Source of the DNA: an uncultured Methylomirabilota bacterium
Lineage (GTDB): Bacteria; Methylomirabilota; Methylomirabilia; Methylomirabilales; 2-02-FULL-66-22
Assembly: GCA_963705305.1 (NCBI GenBank)
Contig: OY970067.1
Coordinates: 2,112,001 to 2,176,000 of the forward strand
Direction: 5' to 3'
Length of the DNA stretch: 64,000 nucleotides
Shown: one piece after another, positions 31,670-42,018 of the stretch
How positions within the stretch are numbered: position 1 is the first letter of the stretch
How the letters are laid out: every line of letters starts with the position of its first letter
Program-made: the position numbers and the translations under genes
The notes under the pieces: model-generated
What the model saw: only the letters and a program-made list of their open reading frames with translations
Databases searched by the model: none
What the model was told of the DNA's origin: nothing

Positions 31670-33303
31670 GGAGTGCCGTTCAGGGCCTCTCGCTGGCCCT
31701 GTTCACGGTCCTGTTCGCGCTGGCCAACTACCGGCTTCCGGATTGGCTGCCGGCCGACATCTATTTGCGGCTGGACCCCCTGCTTGGCCTGAGTGCGATC
31801 CTGGCGGGCCGTGCGTGGGTCGGCCGGGCCCTCTGGGGGCTGGGACTGCTCCTGGCCACGATCCTCGTCGGCCGATTTTTCTGCGCCTACGTCTGCCCCC
31901 TCGGCGCGCTCCTCGATTTCCTGGACCTCGTCCTCTTCCGCCGGGTAAAACGGCGCGCGCTCGATTCCGATCCCGCACTCCGCCCGGTCAAGTACGTGGT
32001 GCTGACCCTCTTCATGGCTGCCGCGGTGGCGGGGTCTTCGCTGGTCTATCTCTTGGACCCGATCTCTCTCCTCACGCGCACCTACACCTTTGCGCTATTT
32101 CCCCTTTTCGTCGGCGTGGTGAATATCCTGCTGGACACCTTCCGCCCTGTGGCCGAGGCGATGCGCTGGATGAACATCGCCAACCTGTCCTACGCGCAGC
32201 CCGTGTTCTATATGACGCTGATCACGTTCCTCATCTTCGCAGGCATCATTGCTTTGGGGCGGCTGACCCCCCGCTTCTGGTGCCGATATCTTTGCCCTCT
32301 CGGCGCGCTCCTGAGCCTCTTCTCGCCCCTGGGGCGCTGGCGCCGGACGGTCGGGCCGGAGTGTCCCGCCTGTGGGATCTGCCAGGATGCCTGCCCAATG
32401 GGGGCAGCCACGGACCAGAGCGGGACGCGACTCGCCGAGTGCATCCAGTGCCGGACCTGTGTTGCACAGTGCCCAGAGGATGCCATCACGTTTCCGGCCT
32501 CACCGCGATTGCTCCCCGCGCGGGAAGCCTCGCAGCCGGACCTGTCCCGCCGCGGGTTCCTCTATTCCGTGGCCGGCGGCCTAGGGCTGGGGTTTGTGGT
32601 CCAACAGTCGCCCTTCACGCCCCTCCAGAACAAGGCCCAGCTTATCCGCCCGCCGGGGGCCCTGCCCGAGAACGAATTCCTCACCACCTGCATCCGCTGC
32701 GGCGAGTGCGCGAAGTCCTGCCTCACCAATACCCTCCAGCCGAGCCTGTGGGAAGGCGGCCTGGCGGGCCTCTGGACGCCCAAGCTGGATCTCCGCTTTG
32801 CGGCCTGCGAGCAGGAGTGCAATGTGTGCGGCAAGGTCTGCCCGACCCAGGCGATCCGGTCGCTCAGCCTCGAGGAGAAGACCCACGCCAAGCTCGGGAC
32901 GGCCATCCTCCGCAAGGAAATGTGCCTGGTCTGGGCCCAGGATAAGCTCTGCCTGATGTGCGACGAAATCTGCCCCTACCATGCGATCGTCTTCCGCAAC
33001 ATCGACGGATATCGCCGGCCGGTCGTCATTGCGGCCCATTGCAACGGCTGCGGCTACTGCGAGCAGCGCTGCCCCGTCGAGGGCGACTCGGCAATCGTGG
33101 TGGCTCCCATCGGACAGATCCGGATGCGCACCGGCTCGTACGTCGCCGAGGCCAGGAGGCTGCAGCTGGATTTCAAGCCCAATCCGGCCGACGACCTGTT
33201 CATCCTGCGATCCGAGGGGCTCAAGGTCCAGCCGGGGGAACAAGAGGGTGGGCCGAAGGCGACGTCGCCGGCGGGGGAAAAGCCCAAAGGCTTCCTGCCT
33301 TGA
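31666..33303 (+). CDS. Membrane polyferredoxin (NapH/MauN-like TM part fused to a NapG/MauM-like ferredoxin)
   Basis: GRFFCAYVCPLG and RFWCRYLCPLG; several CxxCxxC motifs; IRPPGA...CIRCGEC. Confidence 0.88.
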   Translation: MRSAVQGLSLALFTVLFALANYRLPDWLPADIYLRLDPLLGLSAILAGRAWVGRALWGLGLLLATILVGRFFCAYVCPLGALLDFLDLVLFRRVKRRALDSDPALRPVKYVVLTLFMAAAVAGSSLVYLLDPISLLTRTYTFALFPLFVGVVNILLDTFRPVAEAMRWMNIANLSYAQPVFYMTLITFLIFAGIIALGRLTPRFWCRYLCPLGALLSLFSPLGRWRRTVGPECPACGICQDACPMGAATDQSGTRLAECIQCRTCVAQCPEDAITFPASPRLLPAREASQPDLSRRGFLYSVAGGLGLGFVVQQSPFTPLQNKAQLIRPPGALPENEFLTTCIRCGECAKSCLTNTLQPSLWEGGLAGLWTPKLDLRFAACEQECNVCGKVCPTQAIRSLSLEEKTHAKLGTAILRKEMCLVWAQDKLCLMCDEICPYHAIVFRNIDGYRRPVVIAAHCNGCGYCEQRCPVEGDSAIVVAPIGQIRMRTGSYVAEARRLQLDFKPNPADDLFILRSEGLKVQPGEQEGGPKATSPAGEKPKGFLP

Positions 33304-33358
33304 CCGAACGCACCCGGACCGTCGTTTCCTGAGCGGCATTGACAGGAGGGCCCGATCA

Positions 33359-34555
33359 ATGGAAAAGAAGCTGGTGATGGGGAGAAGGGATTTTCTGAAG
33401 ACGACTGCGACAGGGCTCGGCGGCCTCGCCTACCTGCGCGTCACCTTGAGCCGGCCGCCGGACGCGCCGGAGAAGTTCGAGGGGACCCGCGTCCTCGGCA
33501 GGACCGGTATCCGGGTGCCGATCGTGTCGATGGGGGTGATGAACACCGACAACCCGGAGCTGGTGCGCGCCGCCCTGGACGCCGGCTACGTCTTCCTGGA
33601 CACCGCCCAGAGCTACCAGCGCGGCACCAACGAGTCCATGGTCGGCGAGATCCTCAAGGGCCGGCCGCGGAGATCCTTCATCATTGCCACCAAGGCCACC
33701 CTCCCCAAGGACCAGACCACCGGCGGCTATGGGCCGGACGCCACGGAAGAGGCGTACACCAGGAAGATCGACACCAGCCTGAGGAGCCTCGGGCTGGACT
33801 ACATCGACATCTATCACCACCATGGGGTCTGGACGCGGGGGGCCACGCTGCACGAGCCGATCCTCTCGGCCCTTCAGAAGGCGAAGCAGGCGGGCAAGAT
33901 CCGATGGATCGGCGTCAGCACGCATCGGAACGAGCCCGAGGTGGTCGACGCCGCGACCGACTCCAAGGTCTACAACGTCGCCCTGGTGGCCTACAACTTC
34001 CGCCAGCAGCACGCGGAGGAGGTGGGGAGGGCCATCGCCAGGGCGGCTGGCGCCGGCCTCGGGATCGTGGGGATGAAGTCGATGGGGGGGAATCGCGGAG
34101 GGGCGTATGCCTCCACCCAGATCGACCCGCGCGCATGCATCAAGTGGGTGCTGCAGGATCCGAACGTCGCCACCGTGATCTGCGGCTTCACCACCTTCGA
34201 TCAGATGGCCCTCGACCTCGCCGTCCTCAAGGACCTCACCCTGACCGCGTCGGAGCGCGAGCAGCTCCGGAAGGGGGCAGTAACGGCCGGCCTGTACTGC
34301 CAGGGCTGCGGGGCGTGCGTGGGCCAGTGCGCACAGGCGCTGCCGATCCCCGACCTGATGCGCGCCCGTATGTACGTGTACGGGTACCGGAACCTCGTGG
34401 CGGCCCAGGATCTGGTGCTGTCCCTGGCGCTGCCGGACACGGTGTGCGGAGACTGCGGCGCCTGCCCTGTGACCTGCACGAATCGCTGGAACGTGTCCGA
34501 GCGGGTTCGTGACGTCATCCGCCTGCGGGACGTGTCGCCCGGCCGTGTTGCCTAG
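33359..34555 (+). CDS. Aldo/keto reductase with C-terminal 4Fe-4S motifs and an RR signal
   Basis: GRRDFLK; LGRTG, DTAQSY, ATK, GKIRWIGVSTH; CQGCGACVGQC and CGDCGAC. Confidence 0.88.
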   Translation: MEKKLVMGRRDFLKTTATGLGGLAYLRVTLSRPPDAPEKFEGTRVLGRTGIRVPIVSMGVMNTDNPELVRAALDAGYVFLDTAQSYQRGTNESMVGEILKGRPRRSFIIATKATLPKDQTTGGYGPDATEEAYTRKIDTSLRSLGLDYIDIYHHHGVWTRGATLHEPILSALQKAKQAGKIRWIGVSTHRNEPEVVDAATDSKVYNVALVAYNFRQQHAEEVGRAIARAAGAGLGIVGMKSMGGNRGGAYASTQIDPRACIKWVLQDPNVATVICGFTTFDQMALDLAVLKDLTLTASEREQLRKGAVTAGLYCQGCGACVGQCAQALPIPDLMRARMYVYGYRNLVAAQDLVLSLALPDTVCGDCGACPVTCTNRWNVSERVRDVIRLRDVSPGRVA

Positions 34556-34576
34556 GCAACCGGGGGAGGATCGCGC

Positions 34577-35443
34577 ATGAAGAGGGGGAGCGCTCTCGCT
34601 GCCGTCCTGCTTGGGGTGGCCCTATGGGGAGGCCCGTCGCTGGCGGCCGACGCAGTGCCGTTCGCGTTTCCTGCGGTGAACGGATGGACACTGGTGGGCC
34701 CGCCCCAGGTGTTCTCGCCCGATACGCTCTACGAATACATCGACGGCGGGGCCGATCTCTACGTGAAGTACGATTTCGAAGCGCTGCAGGTCGTCGAGTA
34801 CCGGAAGGAGAAGATGTCGGTGAGCGCAGAGGTCTACCGCCACCGGGACGCGGACCGCGCCTTCGGCATCTACAGCCAGGAGCGCGTGCCAAGCAGCGAG
34901 TTTCTGGCGCTCGGGACCCAGGGCTACTACGAGAACGGGGTCTGCAACTTTATCCAGGACCGCTATTATGTGAAGCTGAGCAGCGAGAACACCGGCGCGG
35001 ACGACCGGGAGATCCTGCTGGCCTTCGCCCGGCGGATTTCGCAAGAGCTGCCCGCGCGGTTCGCCTTGCCGGCGGTCCTGTCGGTATTTCCAGCCGACGG
35101 GAAGACGCCGAACTCGGAGAAGTTCATCGCCAAGGACTTCCTCGGGTATGGATTCCTCCACGCGGGGTTCCTCGCCGACTACGAGCGGTCGGGTCAGAAG
35201 TATCAGCTCTTCGTCATTGTGGGCGACAGTCTGGAGGATGCCCGCGCGATGCTGGGACAGTACTTGAAGCAGATCAGGCAGGAGGCGAATCTGGCAGAGG
35301 GAGCGTACCAGGTCAAGGATCCCTATCACGGAGAGATGACGCTGTTCTGGAAGGGGAGATACATCTGGGGGACGGTGAAGCTGGCGGACCCCGGCCTCCG
35401 CTCCGCCTATCTGAAGCAGTTTGAGGGCCTTGTGGTCCCCTAA
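34577..35443 (+). CDS. Exported protein, DUF6599-like
   Basis: Signal peptide; LYEYIDGGADLYVKYDF and AFGIYSQER motifs. Confidence 0.7.
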   Translation: MKRGSALAAVLLGVALWGGPSLAADAVPFAFPAVNGWTLVGPPQVFSPDTLYEYIDGGADLYVKYDFEALQVVEYRKEKMSVSAEVYRHRDADRAFGIYSQERVPSSEFLALGTQGYYENGVCNFIQDRYYVKLSSENTGADDREILLAFARRISQELPARFALPAVLSVFPADGKTPNSEKFIAKDFLGYGFLHAGFLADYERSGQKYQLFVIVGDSLEDARAMLGQYLKQIRQEANLAEGAYQVKDPYHGEMTLFWKGRYIWGTVKLADPGLRSAYLKQFEGLVVP

Positions 35444-35626
35444 TCGCCGCCCTAACGGGCGCGATCGTAGATCTATCAGCAGACCGTTTGCCGTTGACAC
35501 GCCCGGCCCGGGGGGCGTAGGCTCCCGTCGGCGGTTCCCGGCACCGCTCCGCTTCCCGCGAACGCAGCAGCGTGAATGCGCCCGCGTCCGGGGGGGTGCC
35601 CCGCGCGAGTTCAGGCAGATCGACGC

Positions 35627-36874
35627 ATGCGATTCCCAACCGGGCTGCGCGCCCTCAACCATCGGGACTTCCGCCTCTTCTTCTCCGGCCAGTTCATCTC
35701 GCTCATCGGCACCTGGATGCAGAGCGTGGCGCAGGCGTGGCTGGTCCTCGAGCTGACCAACTCGGCATTCAAGCTGGGGCTCATCAGCGCCCTCCAGACG
35801 GCGCCCATGCTCTGTCTCGCCTTCGTGGCGGGGGCCATCGCCGACCGGCTCCCCAAGCGCCGCGTCCTCGTCGGCACGCAGTCGGCCCTCATGGGCCAGG
35901 CGCTCCTCCTGGCCGTCCTCGTGTGGGCGGGCGTCGTCCAGTACTGGCACGTGGCCCTCCTGGCGACCTGCTACGGCCTGGCCTTCACCCTCGATATGCC
36001 CACGCGGCAGGCGTTCGTCGTGGAGATGGCGAGCAAGGCGGACCTCCCGAACGCCATCGCCCTCAACTCCAGCGTGGTCAGCGGCGCCCGGATGGTGGGC
36101 CCCGCCATCGCCGGCCTCCTGATCGATCGGTACGGGACCGCGCCGGCCTTCGGGCTCAACGCGCTGAGCTTCCTGCCCATCATCCTCGCCCTGGCGGCCA
36201 TGCGGGCCGACGGCCGGCCGGGCCCCGCGCAGGGCACCACCGTCCGCGAGGAGATCACCGCCGGCCTGCGCTACGCGGTCCGCACCCCGCTTGTGGCCCT
36301 GCCCCTGAGCCTCCTCCTGACCCTGGGGCTCTTCGTCACCAACCACAACGTCCTGGTGCCCCTGCTGGCCCGGGACGTGCTCCACGCGGGGGCCCACGGC
36401 TTCGGCCTCCTCATGGCCGCCGTGGGCACGGGGGCCATCGTCGGGGCGCTGGCGCTGGCGACGCTGCTGACGGGCCGCCCGCCCTTCGCCCTGCTCCTGG
36501 GCACGGCCGGCACTGCCGCGGCCCTCACGCTGCTGCTCGCGGGAATCCGCTCCTTCTGGGCGGCCCTGCTTGCCCTGACCTGCGTCGGGTTTGCCCAGAT
36601 GGTGTTCGTGGCGGCCTGCAACACCACGCTCCAGTTGGTGGTCCCGGACCGGATGCGGGGCCGGATCATGAGCGTCTACGCCTTCGTGTTTGTCGGCAGC
36701 ACGCCCTTCGGGGCGCTCTTCGTGGGCACGACCGCGGACTGGGTCGGGGTCTCGGCGGCGTACGGGCTGGCGGGGGGGCTGGCCCTGGCCTCGATCCTGG
36801 GCCTCGGCCTGCTGGGGTGGGGGGGGTGGGCCGCTTCAGCCCCTCCCGTCGCCGAGCCGCCGTCGGGGGCCTGA
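35627..36874 (+). CDS. MFS transporter (EntS/MFS_3-like)
   Basis: DFRLFFSGQFISLIGTWMQSVAQAWLV, GAIADR and MRGRIMS; about 12 TM segments. Confidence 0.9.
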   Translation: MRFPTGLRALNHRDFRLFFSGQFISLIGTWMQSVAQAWLVLELTNSAFKLGLISALQTAPMLCLAFVAGAIADRLPKRRVLVGTQSALMGQALLLAVLVWAGVVQYWHVALLATCYGLAFTLDMPTRQAFVVEMASKADLPNAIALNSSVVSGARMVGPAIAGLLIDRYGTAPAFGLNALSFLPIILALAAMRADGRPGPAQGTTVREEITAGLRYAVRTPLVALPLSLLLTLGLFVTNHNVLVPLLARDVLHAGAHGFGLLMAAVGTGAIVGALALATLLTGRPPFALLLGTAGTAAALTLLLAGIRSFWAALLALTCVGFAQMVFVAACNTTLQLVVPDRMRGRIMSVYAFVFVGSTPFGALFVGTTADWVGVSAAYGLAGGLALASILGLGLLGWGGWAASAPPVAEPPSGA

Positions 36875-37244
36875 GTGCTCCCTACCTATTTGAAACCCGT
36901 GACGAACTGTTGCGAGTTTCTGAGGTGATTCCAACCAAAGAGTTGGGGTCTTTGCCCCGGGGGTCTTCCCCTTGACAAGCCGTCGGGCTCGGCGTAGCGT
37001 TTTTTGTGGGCGCGGGTCGAGCCCATACCCCTCGTGGCCAGAGCGTCGGGTTCGCGTCCCGACGCCTGCTCGTCGACGCGTGCCGGGGCAACCCAGCCCC
37101 GCGGTCTTCGCTATCCATCATGCCGACCTCTTCGCCAAGCGGGTGGGGACCGAGACCGCGCAGCCTGGGCGGGTTAAGAGTAGTCCTCCGGCTCTGTTGT
37201 CGTGCAGTCGACGAGGGAGCTCAGGAGGAGCAAGGAGTGCCGCC

Positions 37245-38069
37245 ATGACCATCGTGGCGATTTCCCGGGAAATGGGAAGCGGAGGGTACGAGATCGGCGC
37301 TGCTGTCGCCAAGGCGCTAGACTTCGCGTACGTGGACCGGCAGATCCTTCTGCAGGCCGCGCACGCCATGGGGGTGCCGGAGGCGACACTCGTGGAGGTC
37401 GTGGAGCACCGCCCGTCCCTGTGGGAGCGCTTCGACACCGAGAGAGGGCGCTATGTCATCTTCATTGAGGCAGCCTACTACGCCTTCGCGGAGAAGGGAA
37501 ATCTGGTCACGGCCAGTCGCAGCGGGCCGTTCTTTCTCCGGGGCATTCGGCATGCGGTTCGGGTCAGAATCATGGCCCCCTTCGAAGTCCGTGTGCGTCG
37601 GGTCATGGCGCAAGAAAAGGTGAACCAGAAGGCGGCCACGGCCAAGGTCTACAGGTATGACCGGGAGATGGCCGGGCGTATCGACTATCTCTTCGGGGTG
37701 GACTGGAGCCGGCCCGAGAACTACGACCTGGTGCTCAACACCCAAGATGATGCCTGGGACTTCTACACCGACTTCCTGGTGCGGGCGGCCCGGCACCCCC
37801 GGTACCAGCCTACGCCGGAATCCCTGCAGCGGATCCGCGACCTCAGCCTCGCGGCGCGGGTCCGCGCCGCCATCGCCACGGATCCGGTGGTCAAGAGCCT
37901 CAATGTCGAGGTCGCCGCCCAGGCGGGACACGTGGTGCTGAAGGGGACCGTCTTCAGCGTGGCCATGATGGACGCTGTCGTCGAGGTGGCGAAGCGCGTC
38001 CAGGGGGTCACCAGCATCTCGAGCGAGACCGTGGAGATCCCGCGGGTCTACCCGGGCCCGCTCATGTGA
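37245..38069 (+). CDS. Cytidylate-kinase-like protein with a C-terminal BON domain
   Basis: IAISREMGSGG-type P-loop variant, YDLVLNT; BON-like NVEVAAQAGHVVLKGTV...VQGVTSI. Confidence 0.8.
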   Translation: MTIVAISREMGSGGYEIGAAVAKALDFAYVDRQILLQAAHAMGVPEATLVEVVEHRPSLWERFDTERGRYVIFIEAAYYAFAEKGNLVTASRSGPFFLRGIRHAVRVRIMAPFEVRVRRVMAQEKVNQKAATAKVYRYDREMAGRIDYLFGVDWSRPENYDLVLNTQDDAWDFYTDFLVRAARHPRYQPTPESLQRIRDLSLAARVRAAIATDPVVKSLNVEVAAQAGHVVLKGTVFSVAMMDAVVEVAKRVQGVTSISSETVEIPRVYPGPLM

Positions 38070-38623
38070 CGCCAAACGAGTTGATGGGCTGGCTGGGGAC
38101 GCGCGGTGCTCCGCCAGAACGTTGTCCATGCTGGCCGGCTTGGAGTCCTTACTGACGGGCACGATTGGGGGACATGGGTCCGGTTCTTACGGAGCAGATT
38201 CAGTGTGTTCGCGGCCCCCGGAAAGAGACACCCAAAAAATCGGTCAAGCGGACAGGAGCCGCGTGGGAGGCTTGCCGGCAAGGCTCCCTCCTCGGTCCGA
38301 ACGAATAGGTGCCTCGGGGGAGCGGGTTGCCCAGACGGGCTCGTCGGCTGGGGAGAAATGCGGACCCGGCACGTGTTGGCATGGGAGGTGGGACGCCCGC
38401 CCCGGGGAACTGGTGCCGCGATAGGCGAGACGACCGAACGGTTCCGGGTCAAATGGTGCGGATCGATGACCAACTCTGTGGGCCTCGGCGACACGATCTC
38501 GCGCAGTGACGGGAACCGAGGGGTCATCGTGGCCGTGGGTTCGATCGCCTCGGTCCCCGGTGCCGAGGCGGTGGAGGCTGGTCCCGATCGGGTCGCCAGG
38601 GCGCAGCGGCGCGAGCCACGGCC

Positions 38624-39766
38624 GTGGTGAAGCCGGCTCGGCCCCATCGCTTTCACACGGCCTTGCGGGTAACGAACGCCGCGGGCTTCCTCTTCAACTC
38701 GTCGAGCGCGTTCTTCCTCCTGTTCCCCATCTACCTCCAGCAGCAGGGCAGCTCCCCCGCCCAGATCGGCCTCGTCGTCGGCCTCCTCCGGGCGGGCTCG
38801 CTAGTCGCCCGCCCGCTGGGGGGCCGGCTCCTAGACCGCCTCGGCCGGCGCCGGGTGATTGAGGTCGGCGCGCTCGTGGCCCTGCTGGCGATCCTGTCCC
38901 TCTTCGTGTTCCCGCAGGTCGGCGGGCCCTTCCTGCTCCTGCGCGTTTTCCAGGGGATCGGGACCTCGTGCATCGACTCCGGGCTGGGCGCGGTGGTGGC
39001 CGACCTGGGCCCGCCCGGCGCACGGGCGCAGGTGTACGCCATCTACACTGTCTCGATCAACCTGACCTCGGCCGTCATGCCCGGCCTGGGGGAAGCCCTC
39101 ATCCGCTGGGCGGGGTTCTTCCCCCTGTTCGGGGCCGCGGCCCTCGCCCTGGCCGCCTGCTTCCTCCTGGTCCTGCGGCTCCCGGAAACGGCGCGGCCGC
39201 GCGTAGAGCGACCGGCGGCCCGGCCGGGGCTCCCGCCCGGCTCGGGCCCGCTCCTGCTGGGGAGCCTGCTGGTCGGGTGGGTCTTCGGCACCCTGTCAAC
39301 CTTCGTCCCCGTGGCCCAGATCGCCGCCGCCCCGGGGCGGGTCGGCCTGTTCTTCTTCGCGTATTTCGCCGGGCTGTTGGCTGTGCGGCTGGCGGGGGGC
39401 CTCGGGGTGAGCCGCCTGGTGCAGCCGACGATGCTCCTGCCCGCGTACGGGGCCCTAGCCATCGGCTTGGCGGCGCTGCCCCTCGGGCATGGCGTGCTCC
39501 GGTTGGTCTTCGTCGGGCTCACCTGCGGCGCTGCGCATGGGGTGGTCATGCCAGTCCTCTATGGCATGCTCCTCGTCGGGCTGTCCCGCGATCGCCGGGG
39601 GTGGGCCGTGGCGCTCTACTCTGGGGCCTACGACCTGGGCGTGGTCCTGGCCTCTGCGGGCCTCGGAGTGATCGCGGAGGGGATCGGCTACCGCGGCATC
39701 TTCGTGGTGGCGGCGGTTGTCATGGCCCTCGGGGCGGGGGCGGCCCACCTGTGGGGGCAGCGGTAA
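38624..39766 (+). CDS. MFS transporter
   Basis: Motif A GGRLLDRLGRRR and many TM segments. Start is uncertain. Confidence 0.8.
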   Translation: MVKPARPHRFHTALRVTNAAGFLFNSSSAFFLLFPIYLQQQGSSPAQIGLVVGLLRAGSLVARPLGGRLLDRLGRRRVIEVGALVALLAILSLFVFPQVGGPFLLLRVFQGIGTSCIDSGLGAVVADLGPPGARAQVYAIYTVSINLTSAVMPGLGEALIRWAGFFPLFGAAALALAACFLLVLRLPETARPRVERPAARPGLPPGSGPLLLGSLLVGWVFGTLSTFVPVAQIAAAPGRVGLFFFAYFAGLLAVRLAGGLGVSRLVQPTMLLPAYGALAIGLAALPLGHGVLRLVFVGLTCGAAHGVVMPVLYGMLLVGLSRDRRGWAVALYSGAYDLGVVLASAGLGVIAEGIGYRGIFVVAAVVMALGAGAAHLWGQR

Positions 39767-40059
39767 GGGCCGTGCGGGATCGCAGGCGGAGCCGCCGCCG
39801 CGGCGGGCGGCCCCGTCAGAGCAGGTTTCGGGCCATGCCGCCCTCGGCTCGCTCTCCTTTCCCGTCGTAACCACGCTCCGACACCTGCCAGCGACCCGTC
39901 CCCCCGGGGACGGGGCGTGCCATCCATCCGCGGGAAACCCCGAGCCGCCGTAGTATGGAAATGGAATGCGGAGGGCAAGAACGGCGCGCGACTATTCTCA
40001 CGTCTGAAGGAGACGGCATCGATTCGAGTCCGAGCCGGCTCCCCGAGCGGGAAAAATCT

Positions 40060-42018
40060 CTAGCCGTTACACAAAGGTGTTGAATAGCGTCGGGGGTTGG
40101 AGTACAAACCCCTTGTGCTTACTGCGCCGAAGGGGAGCACTGCCCTCGAGAAGATTTCTTCCGTAGGCAAGACGCCGCGGATCCCGCCCCCTGCAGATGG
40201 GATCCAGGTGAACTTCTGTAAGAATCCCCGGTGCCCAAACTACGGGGTGCCGGCCCTTGCGTGGGTCTCGCGTACGCCCATCGCCTTCGGCGCGATCCAC
40301 GACCACTATGAACTGGACCGGGCCACCCCTCCGTCAGTGCCCCTCCTACACTGTCAGTTCTGCCGAGAAGAACCGCCAATCAAGAGCAATCGGGCCATCG
40401 CCGAGGAACAGCGACGACTGTTGGCATGCCTGCAGCTCCGCCCGGCCCCCGCCTGCCCTACCCTGGGGTGCGCGCACGGCAGCGTTCCCATCACCCGCGG
40501 CCCCGGCCATTACCAATCCTTCGGGAGGAGCCATTCGGGATCCCAGCGCTACCGCTGCAAGGCGTGCCATAAGACGTTCTCGGTGGGGATGGCCACGGTT
40601 CGGCAAAGAGCTCCCCATAAGAATCGGACGATCTTCAGCCTCTTGGTGAACAAGGCCCCGTTGCGCCGGATCTGCGAGGTGGCCAGCATCGCGCCGCCGG
40701 CCCTGTATGGCAAGGTGCGGTTTCTCGCGACCCAGTGCCAGGCGTTCATCGCCGAGCGGGAGCGTCGACTCCTCGATGGCTTGGCCTTCCGCCGGTTGTA
40801 TCTCGCGACCGATCGCCAGGAGTACATGGTGAACTGGTCCCAGCAAGCCGATCGCCGGAATGTCCTCCTCCATGCTGTCGGGACGGCCGACACCACCTCC
40901 GGCTACGTGTTTGGCGTGCACCTGAACTACGATCCGGCTCTGGAGCCTGCCGTGGTGGAGGCCGAGGCCCAGGCCTGTGGGGACTTGGGTGCGAAACGCC
41001 CCTTCCGCCGGTACGCCCGTTGCTGGCTCGCGGCGGATTACACGGAGGGCCTCCACCGGAAAGCTCGGCGAGGCCGCCGCGGGAAGGCGCCGCTGTCGGA
41101 GGAGATTCAGGCCACTTACGAGGAGGCGCTCGAGCGCGAGGATGTCGAGGCTTTTGAAGTCCAATCCCCGGATCGGCGGCTCCCGGCCAAGGGGATGCAG
41201 ATCCATGCCGAGTATACGCTCTACGGCCACTTCTTCTATCTGCGGGCGCTGTTCGGCGGGGTCGAGAAGCTCCGGTTCTTCCTCGATCAGGACTCGGGCA
41301 TGCGCGCCGCCTGCCTCGCCGCCTTCCAGCCGGAGATTGCCGCGCGCCGGGCGGACGCCTTCTACGTGCGGATCGCCTCCAAGCTGACGATCGCCGAGAA
41401 GCGCGCCGCCATCGCCGAGAGCCGAGCGGCCTTCCGGGCGGCGCGCCAGCGGCATCCCAGCCTCTCCGACACCGAGGTCAAGCTCCTTCTGATCAAAGCC
41501 CAGATGCGGGAAATGGCAACTCTGGGGAAATGGCAGGACAAGTGGCTGTCCCACCCCTTTCCCCACATGGGGGAGCCCCGCAAAGCCGTCTGCTGCCTCA
41601 CCGACTACGGGGACTACGACGAGGACCACCAGGCGTGGCTCTACAACAAGGCCTCCTTGCATGCTATCGACTGCTTCTTCATGCAGGTGCGTCGCCGGCT
41701 CTCGATGCTCGAACGACCCATTGCCTCGGCCAGCGCGCTCCAGCGAACCTGGTATGGGTACAGCCCGTACGATCCCGAGAGCATCGTGAGACTCTTGACA
41801 ATCTTCCGGGTCTACTACAACTACTGCTTGTCGGGCAGGGGAGGAACCACACCGGCCATGCGATTAGGGTTGGCTAAAGGAAGGGTGAGCCTCGAGGACA
41901 TTATCTACTTCTGACGCAATGTCGACGCAGCATCCCATCAGCCCTTTGGAAGCAGAGGGCGTTCCGTCTCCAGGCCAAAGGGGTCCGAACCGGATCAACA
42001 CCTTTGTGTAACGGCTAG
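40060..42018 (+). mobile_element. Insertion sequence, 1959 bp, 24-bp perfect TIRs, 9-bp target duplication
   Basis: CTAGCCGTTACACAAAGGTGTTGA (40060-40083) / TCAACACCTTTGTGTAACGGCTAG (41995-42018). GAAAAATCT at 40051-40059 and 42019-42027. Confidence 0.93.
40097..41914 (+). CDS. Putative transposase, Cys-rich, IS1/IS6-like features
   Basis: Only long ORF on this strand inside the TIRs. Zn-ribbon GSQRYRCKACHKTF, acidic motifs LATD / FLDQD / AIDCFF, C-terminal YYNY...TPAMRLG. Confidence 0.8.
   Translation: MEYKPLVLTAPKGSTALEKISSVGKTPRIPPPADGIQVNFCKNPRCPNYGVPALAWVSRTPIAFGAIHDHYELDRATPPSVPLLHCQFCREEPPIKSNRAIAEEQRRLLACLQLRPAPACPTLGCAHGSVPITRGPGHYQSFGRSHSGSQRYRCKACHKTFSVGMATVRQRAPHKNRTIFSLLVNKAPLRRICEVASIAPPALYGKVRFLATQCQAFIAERERRLLDGLAFRRLYLATDRQEYMVNWSQQADRRNVLLHAVGTADTTSGYVFGVHLNYDPALEPAVVEAEAQACGDLGAKRPFRRYARCWLAADYTEGLHRKARRGRRGKAPLSEEIQATYEEALEREDVEAFEVQSPDRRLPAKGMQIHAEYTLYGHFFYLRALFGGVEKLRFFLDQDSGMRAACLAAFQPEIAARRADAFYVRIASKLTIAEKRAAIAESRAAFRAARQRHPSLSDTEVKLLLIKAQMREMATLGKWQDKWLSHPFPHMGEPRKAVCCLTDYGDYDEDHQAWLYNKASLHAIDCFFMQVRRRLSMLERPIASASALQRTWYGYSPYDPESIVRLLTIFRVYYNYCLSGRGGTTPAMRLGLAKGRVSLEDIIYF

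Noticed and set aside
38320..38440. ZTP riboswitch on the minus strand suggested by GCCCGTCTGGGCA
   Set aside because: The upstream GACTGRCG and GGGAG elements are absent, and no relevant downstream gene is present.
38070..38623. ORFs 38106-38630(+) and 38048-38656(-)
   Set aside because: Low-complexity Arg/Gly/Pro translations with no motifs; treated as intergenic.
40060..40083. The IS at 40 kb as the mobiliser of the MITE family
   Set aside because: The ends share only the initial TAGC, and the MITE copies show no 9-bp duplications.
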